Source: Cupriavidus necator (GTDB taxonomy: Bacteria; Pseudomonadota; Gammaproteobacteria; Burkholderiales; Burkholderiaceae). Taken from it: DNA of 32,000 bases. Positions 1 through 8,778 of the stretch are shown piece after piece; the first letter of the stretch is position 1; every line of letters starts with the position of its first letter. The position numbers and the translations under genes are program-made. The stretch spans positions 270,001 to 302,000 of the forward strand of contig NZ_CP066018.1 in assembly GCF_016127575.1 (NCBI RefSeq). Direction: 5' to 3'. The notes beneath the pieces were generated by a model. It ran no database searches. It was not told the DNA's origin and saw only the letters and a list, made by a program, of their open reading frames with translations.

Positions 1-50
1 GTCCCCGCGCCGGCCCAGGCGCAGGTCGCCTGATCCACGGAGCCCCGCCC

Positions 51-782
51 ATGGCCACCACCACCGCTTCCAACCCCTACAAGCACAATGTCTTCGCCGC
101 GTTCCAGGCCGTTCGCAAGCTGATGGCGAACGGCAACGACACGGAGCAGGTGTTCCGCATCATGCGCGCGCTCAACGGGCCGTCCATGCCCCGCAACTTC
201 AACCGGCTGCTGAGCACGCCCGACGGGCGGCGCATGGTCTACCAGCGCATCGAGCTGGCGGAGCGCCTGTCCGATCCCGCCTACGTGGCCAGGTTCGCAC
301 CGGGCACGGTGGGCGCGGCCTATCGCGCGTTCCTGGAACAGACCGGCTACAGCGCTGACGGGCTGGCCAAGGTCTCGAACCTGGACCAGGAACCGTTGAT
401 CGAGGACGCCTACATGTGGTTCGGCCGGCGTACCCGCGACATCCACGACATCTGGCATGTGCTCACCGGCTACCGGGCCGATGAAAGCCTTGGCGAAGCC
501 GCACTGGTGGCATTCAGCTATGCGCAGACCGGCGGCAAGGGCTGGGCCTTCATCGCCATCGCGGCGTCGCTGAAAAGCCTGCGCGTGAGCGGCAGCCTGG
601 CCTTTGCGCGGGCCGTGCTGGAAGGCTACCGGCTGGGCCGGCGCGCCCGCTGGCTGTTGGGCGAGGACTATGAAAAGCTGCTGCACGAACCCATCGGCGC
701 GGCCCGCGCGCGGCTTGGCATTGCCGAACCCCAGCGCTACCTGGCCTGCAATCCCGATCCCCTGCAGGAGTGGACGGCCTGA
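51..782 (+). CDS. Coq4-family protein (bacterial homologue of ubiquinone biosynthesis protein COQ4)
   Basis: 243-aa ORF from ATG 51 with GGAG at 38-41. Overall sequence resembles the Coq4 family and carries the HDxxH-(x)n-E metal-binding motif (HDIWHVLTGYRADESLGE, nt 444-497). Followed by the terminator at 803-835. Confidence 0.8.
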   Translation: MATTTASNPYKHNVFAAFQAVRKLMANGNDTEQVFRIMRALNGPSMPRNFNRLLSTPDGRRMVYQRIELAERLSDPAYVARFAPGTVGAAYRAFLEQTGYSADGLAKVSNLDQEPLIEDAYMWFGRRTRDIHDIWHVLTGYRADESLGEAALVAFSYAQTGGKGWAFIAIAASLKSLRVSGSLAFARAVLEGYRLGRRARWLLGEDYEKLLHEPIGAARARLGIAEPQRYLACNPDPLQEWTA

Positions 783-802
783 AGCGCTGCTGCGTGCCCC
801 CC

Positions 803-835
803 AAAAAAAAGCGACCACGGCCGGGTCGCTTTTTT
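803..835. terminator. Bidirectional rho-independent terminator between convergent genes
   Basis: A-run 803-810; stem GCGACC 811-816 pairs with GGTCGC 824-829; T-run 830-835. Lies between the Coq4-family stop (782) and the stop of the minus-strand nitroreductase (853). Confidence 0.7.
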
Positions 836-852
836 GATGGTGCGCAGCGCGA

Positions 853-1440
853 TCAGACGATACGGCAGGCTTCGTCGAACGACAGGCGCGGGCCGCGCGG
901 GAACAGCTTGTCGGCCTCGCCGTAGCCCAGGTTGCACAGGAAGTTGACCTGCCACTTGCCATCGGGGAAGAAGGCTGCGTTGACCTTGTCGGCATCGAAG
1001 CCGCCCATCGGGCCGCAGTCCAGGCCCAGCGCGCGCGCCGCCAGGATGAAGTAGCCGCCTTGCAGCGAGCTGTTCATCAGCGCGTCGCGGGCGATCTTCT
1101 CGTCGTTGCCGGCGTACCAGGAACGGGCGTCGGCATGCGGGAACAGCTTGGGCAGCTGGTCGTGGAAGGCGGTGTCGAAGGCGATGATGGCCGTCACCGG
1201 CGCCGAACGGGTCTTGTCGACGTTGCCGGCCGACACGCAGTCCACCAGACGCGCCTTCTCGGCAGCGCTCTTGACGAACACGATGCGCGCCGGGCTGCTG
1301 TTGGCAGCGGTCGGGCCGAACTTCATCGCTTCATAGATCTGGTGCAGCACGGCGTCGTCCACGTGGCGGTCCTGCCACACGTTGTGCGTGCGGGCTTCGG
1401 TGAACAGCTGCGCCAGCGCGGCGTTGTCGATCTGGGACAT
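853..1440 (-). CDS. Nitroreductase-fold protein, RutE-like (malonic semialdehyde reductase family)
   Basis: Track ORF 853-1569 trimmed to the ATG at 1440 ([25 protein letters not shown]...). The segments [15 protein letters not shown] and [12 protein letters not shown] are typical of RutE/YdjA-type nitroreductases. The upstream 43 codons are Arg-rich and look non-coding. Confidence 0.8.
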   Translation of the reverse strand: MSQIDNAALAQLFTEARTHNVWQDRHVDDAVLHQIYEAMKFGPTAANSSPARIVFVKSAAEKARLVDCVSAGNVDKTRSAPVTAIIAFDTAFHDQLPKLFPHADARSWYAGNDEKIARDALMNSSLQGGYFILAARALGLDCGPMGGFDADKVNAAFFPDGKWQVNFLCNLGYGEADKLFPRGPRLSFDEACRIV

Positions 1441-1528
1441 GCGCTTCTTTCCTGTACGGGATTTGAGGGAAGGGGCGATTGTACCCAACGCTTTGTGCGC
1501 GCCACGACAGCGCCTTTGAGCAACCCGT

Positions 1529-2467
1529 TCAATTCCCTTGCATATCGGCGCGGGCCGGCGCCGGCGCACTGCCCCTGCGGGTCAGCCACAGCACGCCGGC
1601 CAGGATCAGCCCGCCACCCACGGCCTGCGCCGTGCCGATATGCTCGCCCAGCAGCAGCGCCGCCAGCAACACGGTGACCACCGGCTCCAGCGTCGACAGC
1701 ATCGACGCCTGCGCCGCGCCCAGTCGCTGCAGGCCGGCGAAGAAGGTCAGGATCGCCAGCACCGTCGACAGCAGCGCGATGCCCGCCAGCGCCAGCCAGC
1801 CGCCGGCAGTGGCCGGGAACTGCGGCGGCGCGCCCGCCCCCATCCGCAGCAGGCCGACGGCGCCGTAGACCAGCGCCGCCGCGGTGCAGATCACCGTGGT
1901 GGTGGCAATCGGGTTGACGCCAGCGGTCACGCGCGCGCCGACGATGATATAGACCGAGTAGATCACCGCCGCCGCCAGCCCCAGCGCGATCCCCAGCGGC
2001 GAGCCCTCGCCGCCGCCGACGGTCAGGCCGGCGCCGACCGAGCACAGCACCAGCGCGATCACCGCGGCGGTGGTCAGCCGCTCCTTCAGGAAGATGGCCG
2101 CCAGGATCGTCACGAACAGCGGGTACAGGTACAGCAGCAGCGCCACCAGGCTGGCCTGCGCATGGTTGAGTGCGCTGAAGAAGCAGAACGACTGGCCGAC
2201 ATAGCCGATGCCGCCCATCGCCGCCAGCGCCAGCACGCGGCGCCACGGCGGCAGGCCGATGCCGCGCGTGCGCATCACCCAGGCCAGTGCCGCGGCGGCC
2301 AGCACGAAGCGCACCAGCAGCAGCCCGTAGACATCCGCGCCGGCCGCGTAGGCAAAGCGCGCGAAGATCGCCATGGCGCCAAAGGCGCTGGCCGACAGCG
2401 CGATCAGCAGCACGCCGGCCAGCTTGTCGCGGGCATGGTCCGGGGCGGTTTGGGCGGAAGCGGTCAT
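1529..2467 (-). CDS. EamA/DMT-family (drug/metabolite) transporter
   Basis: About 10 hydrophobic helices in a two-fold EamA-type repeat architecture. Start chosen at [10 protein letters not shown] (ATG at 2467). The longer track start at 2521 is possible. Confidence 0.8.
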   Translation of the reverse strand: MTASAQTAPDHARDKLAGVLLIALSASAFGAMAIFARFAYAAGADVYGLLLVRFVLAAAALAWVMRTRGIGLPPWRRVLALAAMGGIGYVGQSFCFFSALNHAQASLVALLLYLYPLFVTILAAIFLKERLTTAAVIALVLCSVGAGLTVGGGEGSPLGIALGLAAAVIYSVYIIVGARVTAGVNPIATTTVICTAAALVYGAVGLLRMGAGAPPQFPATAGGWLALAGIALLSTVLAILTFFAGLQRLGAAQASMLSTLEPVVTVLLAALLLGEHIGTAQAVGGGLILAGVLWLTRRGSAPAPARADMQGN

Positions 2468-2568
2468 CGGGCGGGCGGGAAGTCGGCGATCCCGCATTCT
2501 ACTTGGCGCCGTCTGCAGCAACCGGACCGCCAGCGCGGGCCGCGGCCCTCGTTTACAATGTCGCCACC

Positions 2569-3000
2569 ATGTTTAATCCCTCACGAGAAGAAGTCCGCCG
2601 GTTCTTCTGCGATGCCTGGCAGAAGCAGCTCACAGGCGGCGTGCTGACCCCGCTGGAAGCCATCGCTGTAGACTGGATCGGCGAGCACCCCGAGTACCAC
2701 GGCCTGCTGCGCGACACCGAAGGTGCGCTGTCGCAGGACTACACACCCGAGCAAGGCCAGACCAACCCCTTCCTGCACCTGTCGATGCACCTGTCGATCT
2801 CCGAGCAGGTCTCGGTCGACCAGCCGCGCGGCATCCGCCAGGCCTATGAGGCGCTGGCACGCCGCCTGGATTCCCCGCACGAAGCGCAGCACCAGGTGAT
2901 GGAATGCCTGGGCGAAATGCTGTGGCAGGCACAGCGCACCGGCCAGCCGCCCGACGGCGACCACTATGTCGATTGCGTCAAGCGCCGCGCCAACCGCTAA
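2569..3000 (+). CDS. DUF1841-family protein
   Basis: Track ORF 2287-3000 trimmed to ATG 2569 (MFNPSREEVRRFFCDAWQK...NPFLHLSMHLSISEQ...), which matches the DUF1841 pattern. The upstream part of the ORF is an Arg/Pro-rich shadow that overlaps the divergent EamA gene. Confidence 0.75.
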   Translation: MFNPSREEVRRFFCDAWQKQLTGGVLTPLEAIAVDWIGEHPEYHGLLRDTEGALSQDYTPEQGQTNPFLHLSMHLSISEQVSVDQPRGIRQAYEALARRLDSPHEAQHQVMECLGEMLWQAQRTGQPPDGDHYVDCVKRRANR

Positions 3001-3109
3001 GTCCGGTACGCGTCACGCATCAAGTGCAGCGTACAATTCGTCACAACCCTCCGATGGGTGCGTGGTAGTCTTTGCGGGTCCGCATTTTCCCTAGCCGCGT
3101 TGCCGTCAC

Positions 3110-4426
3110 ATGGCGGCGCGGTGCCCGCAAGCCATGTCCCGTATTACCCTCCCCCGCCGGCGCCGGCTCGCGCCCGCCGGCCGCGCCGTTGCCCCGCTCT
3201 GCCTGTCGCTGATGCTGGCCTGCCCCCTCGCCGGCCACGCCGGCGTGGCGCTGTTGCAGCCGCCGCGCGTGATCGACGGCAACCAGCCGCTCACGCTGAC
3301 GCTGGTGGTCAGCGCCGACGACGCCACGCGCCGCTACCGTATTCCCGACACGCTCGAAGTGACCGCCTCGGGCGACCTGCAGGCGCCGGTGCGGCTGGTG
3401 CTGTGGCGCGAAGTCTCGGGCCCGGCCGTGGTCAACCTGCGCCGCGGCGAGCACCGCGCGATCCGCTACACGGTGGCGCTGCCGCCGGCCCTGCGCGGCC
3501 AGGTGCGGCTGGATGCCACCGGCATCGACGCCGCGCCGGTGCTGTTGACGCTGAACCGCCTGCCGCGGCCCGGTGAATCCGCCACCGCTGAGCCGCCGGT
3601 TGCCGGCAAGGCGCTGGCAGCGAACGGCTTGGAGCCGGCCACCGAAGCCGCCGTACCGGTGACCCCGGTCACCACCGCCGACGCTGCCGCACCCGCTCCG
3701 GCCGACCTGCGCGACAGCGCCCGGCTATCGTTCCATGACCCGATGTATTTCATGGTCGGCGCGCATGACGGGGCCAACGCCAAGTTCCAGCTGAGCTTCA
3801 AGTACCGCCTCTTCCAGGGCGAAGATCCGGCGTCGAAGCGTCTGTTCGACAACCTCTACGTGGCCTACACCCAGTTCTCGCTATGGGACCTGTCCGAGCA
3901 GTCCAAGCCGTTCCGCGACACCAACTACCGGCCCAGCCTGTTCTATTACCTGTCGGATACCGGCGTGCGCAACAACGCCATCAGCCGGCTGTCGCTGGCG
4001 GCCGGCCTGGAGCATGAATCCAATGGCCGCAACGGCGACGACTCGCGCAGCATCAATACGGTCTTCGTCAAGCCGACCTTCTACTTTGGCGACCAGAACG
4101 ACTGGCACTGGCGCGTCGCGCCCAAGCTCTACGCCTACGTGGAAAAGGGCGACAACCCCGACATCGCCCACTACCGCGGTTTCATGGACCTGGGCATTGC
4201 CTACGGGCGCCCGGACTCATGGGAGTTCTCCGCCACGCTGCGCAAGGGCACGCGCAAGTGGTACGGCAGTGTCGACGCGCAGCTGACCTACCCGATGGCG
4301 CGGCTGATCCCCGGCACCGCGGGCTACCTGATGGCGGGCTACTTCGTCGGCTATGGCGAGAGCCTGCTGGACTACAACCACAAGCTGCCGTGGCAGTTCC
4401 GCATCGGCTACGCGCTGTCCCGCTGA
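3110..4426 (+). CDS. pldA: Outer-membrane phospholipase A (PldA family) with an N-terminal extension
   Basis: The C-terminal ~235 aa match PldA: FHDPMYFMVG, YTQFSLWDL, and the catalytic LEHESNG (His codon 4013-4015, Ser codon 4019-4021). Signal peptide ...LMLACPLAGHA. Alternative start at ATG 3134. Residues ~45-205 are an extra module plus a Pro/Ala linker. Confidence 0.85.
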   Translation: MAARCPQAMSRITLPRRRRLAPAGRAVAPLCLSLMLACPLAGHAGVALLQPPRVIDGNQPLTLTLVVSADDATRRYRIPDTLEVTASGDLQAPVRLVLWREVSGPAVVNLRRGEHRAIRYTVALPPALRGQVRLDATGIDAAPVLLTLNRLPRPGESATAEPPVAGKALAANGLEPATEAAVPVTPVTTADAAAPAPADLRDSARLSFHDPMYFMVGAHDGANAKFQLSFKYRLFQGEDPASKRLFDNLYVAYTQFSLWDLSEQSKPFRDTNYRPSLFYYLSDTGVRNNAISRLSLAAGLEHESNGRNGDDSRSINTVFVKPTFYFGDQNDWHWRVAPKLYAYVEKGDNPDIAHYRGFMDLGIAYGRPDSWEFSATLRKGTRKWYGSVDAQLTYPMARLIPGTAGYLMAGYFVGYGESLLDYNHKLPWQFRIGYALSR

Positions 4427-4432
4427 ACCCAC

Positions 4433-4861
4433 TCAGCCGGCCAGCGGCTTGCCGCTGGCCTTGAGCCGCGCATTGGCCACCGCGGCGGCAAACTGGCCGT
4501 GGCCATGCCAGCCGGTGGCGCGGCCCAGCTTCTTGCCGTTCCGGAAGAACATGAACACCGGGATGCCATGCAGGCCAAAGCGCCGGCCCAGCCCGGGATG
4601 CGCGTAGACGTTGGCATGCAGCCAGCGCAGTTCCAGCGCGCGGATCGGTTCGGGGTTGGCCAGCATGGCCTTCTTGGCCATCTCGCAGTTGAAGCAGTCC
4701 TCCCCCCAGAAGAACACGCACACCAGCGCATCGCCCGCAGCGGCGATGGCGGCGTCGATGCTGCCGTCATCGACCTCGCGCATGCCGAATGCCTCGAAGG
4801 CGCGGTGGTCGAGGTGGGGGGCCGGGAATGTCGCCGGGCCAGCGCCTGGTTCAGTGGTCAT
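4433..4861 (-). CDS. Thioredoxin-fold protein (CxxC = CFNC)
   Basis: Track ORF trimmed to ATG 4861 (MTTEPGAG...), which is preceded on the minus strand by GGAG. The segments VFFWGEDCFNCE and GIPVFMFF are thioredoxin-like. Same strand as grpE and downstream of it. Confidence 0.75.
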   Translation of the reverse strand: MTTEPGAGPATFPAPHLDHRAFEAFGMREVDDGSIDAAIAAAGDALVCVFFWGEDCFNCEMAKKAMLANPEPIRALELRWLHANVYAHPGLGRRFGLHGIPVFMFFRNGKKLGRATGWHGHGQFAAAVANARLKASGKPLAG

Positions 4862-4876
4862 GCTCGCTCCAGAATG

Positions 4877-4907
4877 ACAAACGCCCGGGCCAGCCGGCAC
4901 CGGGCGT
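4877..4907 (-). terminator. Hairpin with weak U-tract between grpE and the thioredoxin-like gene (possible partial terminator)
   Basis: On the minus strand, ACGCCCGG (complement of 4900-4907) pairs with CCGGGCGT (complement of 4881-4888) across an 11-nt loop, followed by TTTGTCATT. The U-tract is weak, so readthrough is likely. Confidence 0.35.
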
Positions 4908-4949
4908 CAGGTCGCGATCCAGGACGGCACGCCGCCGCCCCAGGCGGCC

Positions 4950-5510
4950 TTATTTCGGTGCCGCCACCGTCACCAGAGCCGGCCGCAGCACGCGCTCGGC
5001 AATGGTGTAGCCGCGCTGGAGCACGGTCACCACGGTATTGGGTTCCTGGTCCGCCGGCACCATCGAGATGGCCTGGTGGCGGTGCGGGTCAAATTTTTCG
5101 CCCACCGGGTTGAGTTCAACGATCTTGCCTCGCTCAAAGGCGGCGGCCAGCTGGCGCGCGGTCAGCTCGACGCCTTCGCGCAGCTTGGCGATATCGCCCG
5201 AGCCGTCGGCCAGCGCGGCCTGCAGGCTGTCCATCACCGGCAGCAGGTTGTCGGCGAAGTTCTCGATGGCGAACTTGTGCGCCTTGGCGACATCTTCCTG
5301 CGCCCGGCGGCGGATGTTCTCGCCCTCGGCAACGGCGCGCATATACAGGTCGTAATGCTCGCGCGCCTTGGCTTCCAGGGCGGCCAGCTGGGCCGCCACG
5401 TCGTCCACGGCAGCGGTTTCCGGCGCGCCGGCCTCCTGGCTGGCGTTGGCCGCCTCATCGCCAGCGGGCGTAGGCGTCTGGGTGGTTGGCGTCTGCTTCT
5501 GTTCTTCCAT
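4950..5510 (-). CDS. grpE: Nucleotide exchange factor GrpE
   Basis: [11 protein letters not shown]... start at ATG 5510. Acidic N-terminus, then a coiled-coil and C-terminal beta domain ([27 protein letters not shown]) typical of GrpE. Confidence 0.93.
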   Translation of the reverse strand: MEEQKQTPTTQTPTPAGDEAANASQEAGAPETAAVDDVAAQLAALEAKAREHYDLYMRAVAEGENIRRRAQEDVAKAHKFAIENFADNLLPVMDSLQAALADGSGDIAKLREGVELTARQLAAAFERGKIVELNPVGEKFDPHRHQAISMVPADQEPNTVVTVLQRGYTIAERVLRPALVTVAAPK

Positions 5511-5785
5511 GTCGATCCGTATCAATGCATTGTCGCGGCCCGCCATGGGCCTGGCCGCGGGTGGTAAATCGGCGCGTGTTCCGTGCAGGTGGTGGCAAGG
5601 CGCAGGTTTTCAAGAGTGGCGCTGGCGTGACGCGGAAACACACGGTTACAAAGGCCAGGCATATGCAATCGACGCCTTATTGCTTTGCTGCATCGCAATC
5701 ACTAAGATTCCCAGTAATAAAAATGACAAAAATGCCGGGGGTTGTGGAGATGGTTCATCTTTGTGCCTCTTCCGGAAGGTTGGCC

Positions 5786-5959
5786 ATGCATAAGCTGCCA
5801 GTCGTGACACTCTGCCTTGTGGCCGCATTGGCGGTCATGACCGTCTTTATCTGCCTTTCCGGCGCATTCACCCCGCGCGATACGGAGTATGGCAGCGGCA
5901 AGGCGGTGTTCAAGCACTACATCGTCCCTATCGTCAGCCAGGAAGTCACGCAGGAATAA
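5786..5959 (+). CDS. Hypothetical small membrane protein (57 aa)
   Basis: ATG 5786 is preceded by GGAAGG at 5773-5778. Product is MHKLPVVTLCLVAALAVMTVFICLSGAFTPRDTEYGSGKAVFKHYIVPIVSQEVTQE, with one hydrophobic helix. Most third codon positions are G/C although the local region is markedly AT-richer than its surroundings, which favours this frame being translated. No family recognised. Confidence 0.4.
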   Translation: MHKLPVVTLCLVAALAVMTVFICLSGAFTPRDTEYGSGKAVFKHYIVPIVSQEVTQE

Positions 5960-5985
5960 GCGCCACCTGACCCTGGTCCAAGCGC

Positions 5986-6018
5986 GCGGCGGCAGCGGGG
6001 GCTTCCCGGTGCCGCCGC
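5986..6018. other. GC-rich hairpin between the small ORF and the hslR 3' end
   Basis: GCGGCGGCA 5986-5994 pairs with TGCCGCCGC 6010-6018, and further pairing is possible inside the loop. It sits between convergent stops (5959 and 6028). No clean U-tract on either strand. Confidence 0.35.
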
Positions 6019-6027
6019 ATTGTCATT

Positions 6028-6423
6028 TCAGCTCTTCAGGTGGTCGATGCGGCGCCGGTCCCGCTTGGTCGGGCGCCCCTGGATCTGCGCGGACGGCTCC
6101 GGCTGCAGGCGCCGGCGCTCGGCGTCGGCCAGCCGGCGCGACTGGCTTTCGGCACTTTCCTCGTACAGCGTCTGCGCCACCGGCGCCGGCCCGCGCGCCG
6201 GGGCAATGCCTTTCACCACCAGTTCCCAGCGCTGCTGGTGCGCTTCCAGCACCACCATGTCGCCGGGCTTCACCTCGCGCGAGTTCTTGCATGGCTGGCC
6301 GTTGACGGTCACCTTGCTGCGCTCCACCGCTTCGGCCGCGAGCGAGCGCGTCTTGAAGAAGCGCGCGCACCACAGCCATTTGTCGATGCGCTGGCGCGCA
6401 TCCGGCTCAAAGTCGACATTCAT
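6028..6423 (-). CDS. hslR: Ribosome-associated heat shock protein Hsp15 (S4-domain RNA-binding protein)
   Basis: The segment [32 protein letters not shown] is the S4-domain signature of HslR. Basic C-terminal tail. Its ATG (6421-6423) overlaps the hemH stop (6420-6422) as ATGA. Confidence 0.88.
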   Translation of the reverse strand: MNVDFEPDARQRIDKWLWCARFFKTRSLAAEAVERSKVTVNGQPCKNSREVKPGDMVVLEAHQQRWELVVKGIAPARGPAPVAQTLYEESAESQSRRLADAERRRLQPEPSAQIQGRPTKRDRRRIDHLKS

Positions 6424-7535
6424 GCCGCCGCTCCCCGGGTCTGGGCGCGCGTGCGCCGTGCTTCCAGTTCATGCGGATGCGGCGTGGCCAGCGGCCAGCC
6501 CTGCAGGTGCTGCAGCGCGATCTCGGCCATGGCCGCGACCCACGGATCGGCGTCATTCAGGCACGGGATGAAGTGGAAATCCTTGCCGCCCGCGACCTTG
6601 AACTCGGTCTGCCCTTCCATGGCGATTTCCTCCAGGGTCTCGATGCAGTCGGCCGGAAAGCCGGGACAGAAGACATCGACCCGGCCCGCGCCGACCTTGC
6701 CCAGCTCGGCCAGCGTCGGCGCGGTGTACGGCTGCAGCCATTCCGCCTTGCCGAAACGAGACTGGAACGTCACCTGGTACTGGCCCGGCTGCAGGCCCAG
6801 CGCCTCGCCCAGCAGCCGGCCGGTCTTCAGGCATTCGCAGTGATAGGGGTCACCCAGCTCCAGCGTACGCCGCGGCACACCGTGGAACGACAGGATCAGC
6901 TTGTCGCCGCGGGCAAAGTCCGGCATGCCGTGGCGCGCCCAGTAGGCGCCGACCTGCTGGTGCAGCGCCGAGATATAGGCCGGATGGTCATGGAAATGCT
7001 TGACCAGCCGCAGCTCGGGCTGGTTGCGCCACTGGCCCAGCACCCGGAACACCTCGTCGAAGGCCGTGGCCGTGGTGGTGCCGGAGTATTGCGGATACAT
7101 CGGCAGCACCAGCACCTGCTCGCAGCCCTGCCGGCGCAGCGCCTCCAGCACCGAGGCGATCGACGGGTTGCCGTAGCGCATTGCGCACGCGACCGTCACC
7201 TCATGGCCGTGCTGGTTCATCAGCCGCTGCAGCGCATGGGCCTGGCGCTCGCTGTAGACCAGCAGCGGCGAGCCCGTCATATGGGCCTCGCGCAGCCAGA
7301 TCGATTCGTATTTCAGCGCCGAGGCGCGCGAACGCAGCGGCAGGATCACCCCATGCAGCAGCGGCAGCCAGGCCGCGCGCGGGATCTCGACCACGCGCGG
7401 GTCGGACAGGAACTCCTTCAGGTAGCGCCCCACCGCCTTGGGCGTGGGAGCGTCCGGGGTGCCCAGGTTGACCAGCAGGATCGCCGTGCGCGGCGCGTGG
7501 CCGTGCTGGTAGGCCGGTTCGGGAGAAAACGTCAT
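6420..7535 (-). CDS. hemH: Ferrochelatase
   Basis: Start at ATG 7535 ([28 protein letters not shown]...). The segments [18 protein letters not shown] and [16 protein letters not shown] are ferrochelatase hallmarks. The longer track start at 7583 is possible. Confidence 0.93.
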   Translation of the reverse strand: MTFSPEPAYQHGHAPRTAILLVNLGTPDAPTPKAVGRYLKEFLSDPRVVEIPRAAWLPLLHGVILPLRSRASALKYESIWLREAHMTGSPLLVYSERQAHALQRLMNQHGHEVTVACAMRYGNPSIASVLEALRRQGCEQVLVLPMYPQYSGTTTATAFDEVFRVLGQWRNQPELRLVKHFHDHPAYISALHQQVGAYWARHGMPDFARGDKLILSFHGVPRRTLELGDPYHCECLKTGRLLGEALGLQPGQYQVTFQSRFGKAEWLQPYTAPTLAELGKVGAGRVDVFCPGFPADCIETLEEIAMEGQTEFKVAGGKDFHFIPCLNDADPWVAAMAEIALQHLQGWPLATPHPHELEARRTRAQTRGAAA

Positions 7536-7641
7536 GTCGCTTCCGGGTTGACACGGTGCCGGGATGGCGCCGGTGCGGCGCACCGGCGATTGCCGCGCTC
7601 GGCAGGAATGGGGCCGCTTGTCAGACCAGCCAGTCTTTGCA

Positions 7642-8676
7642 CTAGTTCTGGCTCAGGGCGCTGGACAGCAGGCGCGCGGTGATGTCGACGATGGGGATCA
7701 CGCGCTCATACGCCATGCGCGTGGGGCCGATCACGCCGAGCGTGCCGACGATCTGGCCGTCGACCTCGTACGGGGCGGTGATGACCGCCATGTCTTCGAT
7801 CGGCACCAGCCGGCTTTCGCCGCCGATAAAGATCTGCACACCCTGCGCATGGCTGGACACGTCCAGCAGCTGCAGCAGGCTGGTCTTGTGCTCGAACACG
7901 TCGAACAGGCGCCGCAGCTTGTCCATGCTGGAGGCCAGGTCTTCCACTTCCAGCAGCTTGCGCTCGCCACTGATGAAGACGTGGTCGTCGTCCTCGTCCT
8001 CGGCGACGCTGCCGGCCTCGACCGCGGCCTGCATCAGCTGCGACATGTCGCGGCGCAGGTCCTGCAGTTCCACCCGCAGGTGGCCGCGCACCGCGTCGAA
8101 GCTCATGCCGGCATAGTGCGAGTTGAAGAAGTTGGCCGCCTCGATCAGCTGGGCCGGCGTGTACGACAGCTCGGTCTGGATGATGCGGTTCTGCACGTCG
8201 CCCTCGGGGCTGACGATGATCAGCAGGATGCGCTTGTCCGACAGCCGCATGAATTCGATCTGCCGGAACGCCTGCGCGCGGCGCGGCGTCATCACCACGC
8301 CGGCGAAGTGCGACAGGTTGGACAGCGTGCGCGCCGCCGCCGTGATCATGCGCTGCGGCCCCAGCTGCTGGCCGCCGAGCTGGTCCTGGATCTGGCCGGT
8401 CAGCTCGGCCAGGTCGGCGTTGCGCTCCAGCGGCTTGGCCGTCAGCATCGAATCGACGAACAGCCGGTAGCCGCGCGGGGTCGGGATACGGCCGGCCGAG
8501 GTGTGCGGACTGGCAATAAAGCCCATTTCCTCCAGATCGGACATCACATTGCGAATCGTCGCAGGCGACAGGTCCAGCCCCGAGTATTTCGACAAGGTGC
8601 GGGAACCGACCGGCTGCCCTTCGGCAATATAGCGCTCGATCAGGGTCTTGAGCAGCGTTTTGGAGCGTTCATCCAT
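7642..8676 (-). CDS. hrcA: Heat-inducible transcription repressor HrcA
   Basis: 344 aa. N-terminal winged helix ([30 protein letters not shown]...) and full-length HrcA architecture. Confidence 0.93.
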   Translation of the reverse strand: MDERSKTLLKTLIERYIAEGQPVGSRTLSKYSGLDLSPATIRNVMSDLEEMGFIASPHTSAGRIPTPRGYRLFVDSMLTAKPLERNADLAELTGQIQDQLGGQQLGPQRMITAAARTLSNLSHFAGVVMTPRRAQAFRQIEFMRLSDKRILLIIVSPEGDVQNRIIQTELSYTPAQLIEAANFFNSHYAGMSFDAVRGHLRVELQDLRRDMSQLMQAAVEAGSVAEDEDDDHVFISGERKLLEVEDLASSMDKLRRLFDVFEHKTSLLQLLDVSSHAQGVQIFIGGESRLVPIEDMAVITAPYEVDGQIVGTLGVIGPTRMAYERVIPIVDITARLLSSALSQN

Positions 8677-8778
8677 GATGCCCCGATTTTACGCAAGTTT
8701 TGGACCTTCTGGCGGCCGGCCTGGCCCGCTCGCTGGCGCCTGCTGACAAGCGTCATGGCGGTATGGTCTAATCCACGC

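Noticed and set aside
1-33. Possible 3' end of an upstream plus-strand CDS (…VPAPAQAQVA-stop at 31-33)
   Set aside because: Only 10 codons are visible, too little to support a call.
5585-5614. Sigma-32-like promoter upstream of grpE (minus strand CTTGAAAA, complement of 5607-5614)
   Set aside because: The -35 element is a good CTTGAAA match. The sequence at the expected -10 distance (CCACCACCT) is a poor match to CCCCATNT, so I do not call it as a feature. It remains worth testing by transcription start site mapping.
5486-5785. Upstream 100 codons of track ORF 5486-5959, giving a 157-aa protein
   Set aside because: It overlaps the grpE start and promoter region. The sequence is Arg/Gly-rich and then crosses the AT-rich stretch without an RBS. 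Only the last 57 codons, behind GGAAGG, look translatable.
7564-8778. N-terminal 405 codons of track ORF 7564-9696, which would make NadK a 710-aa protein
   Set aside because: This part is antisense to hrcA and has shadow-ORF composition. NAD kinase homology begins only at about 8779.
8677-8778. CIRCE operator expected near hrcA
   Set aside because: No TTAGCACTC-N9-GAGTGCTAA-like inverted repeat is present here or elsewhere in the window.
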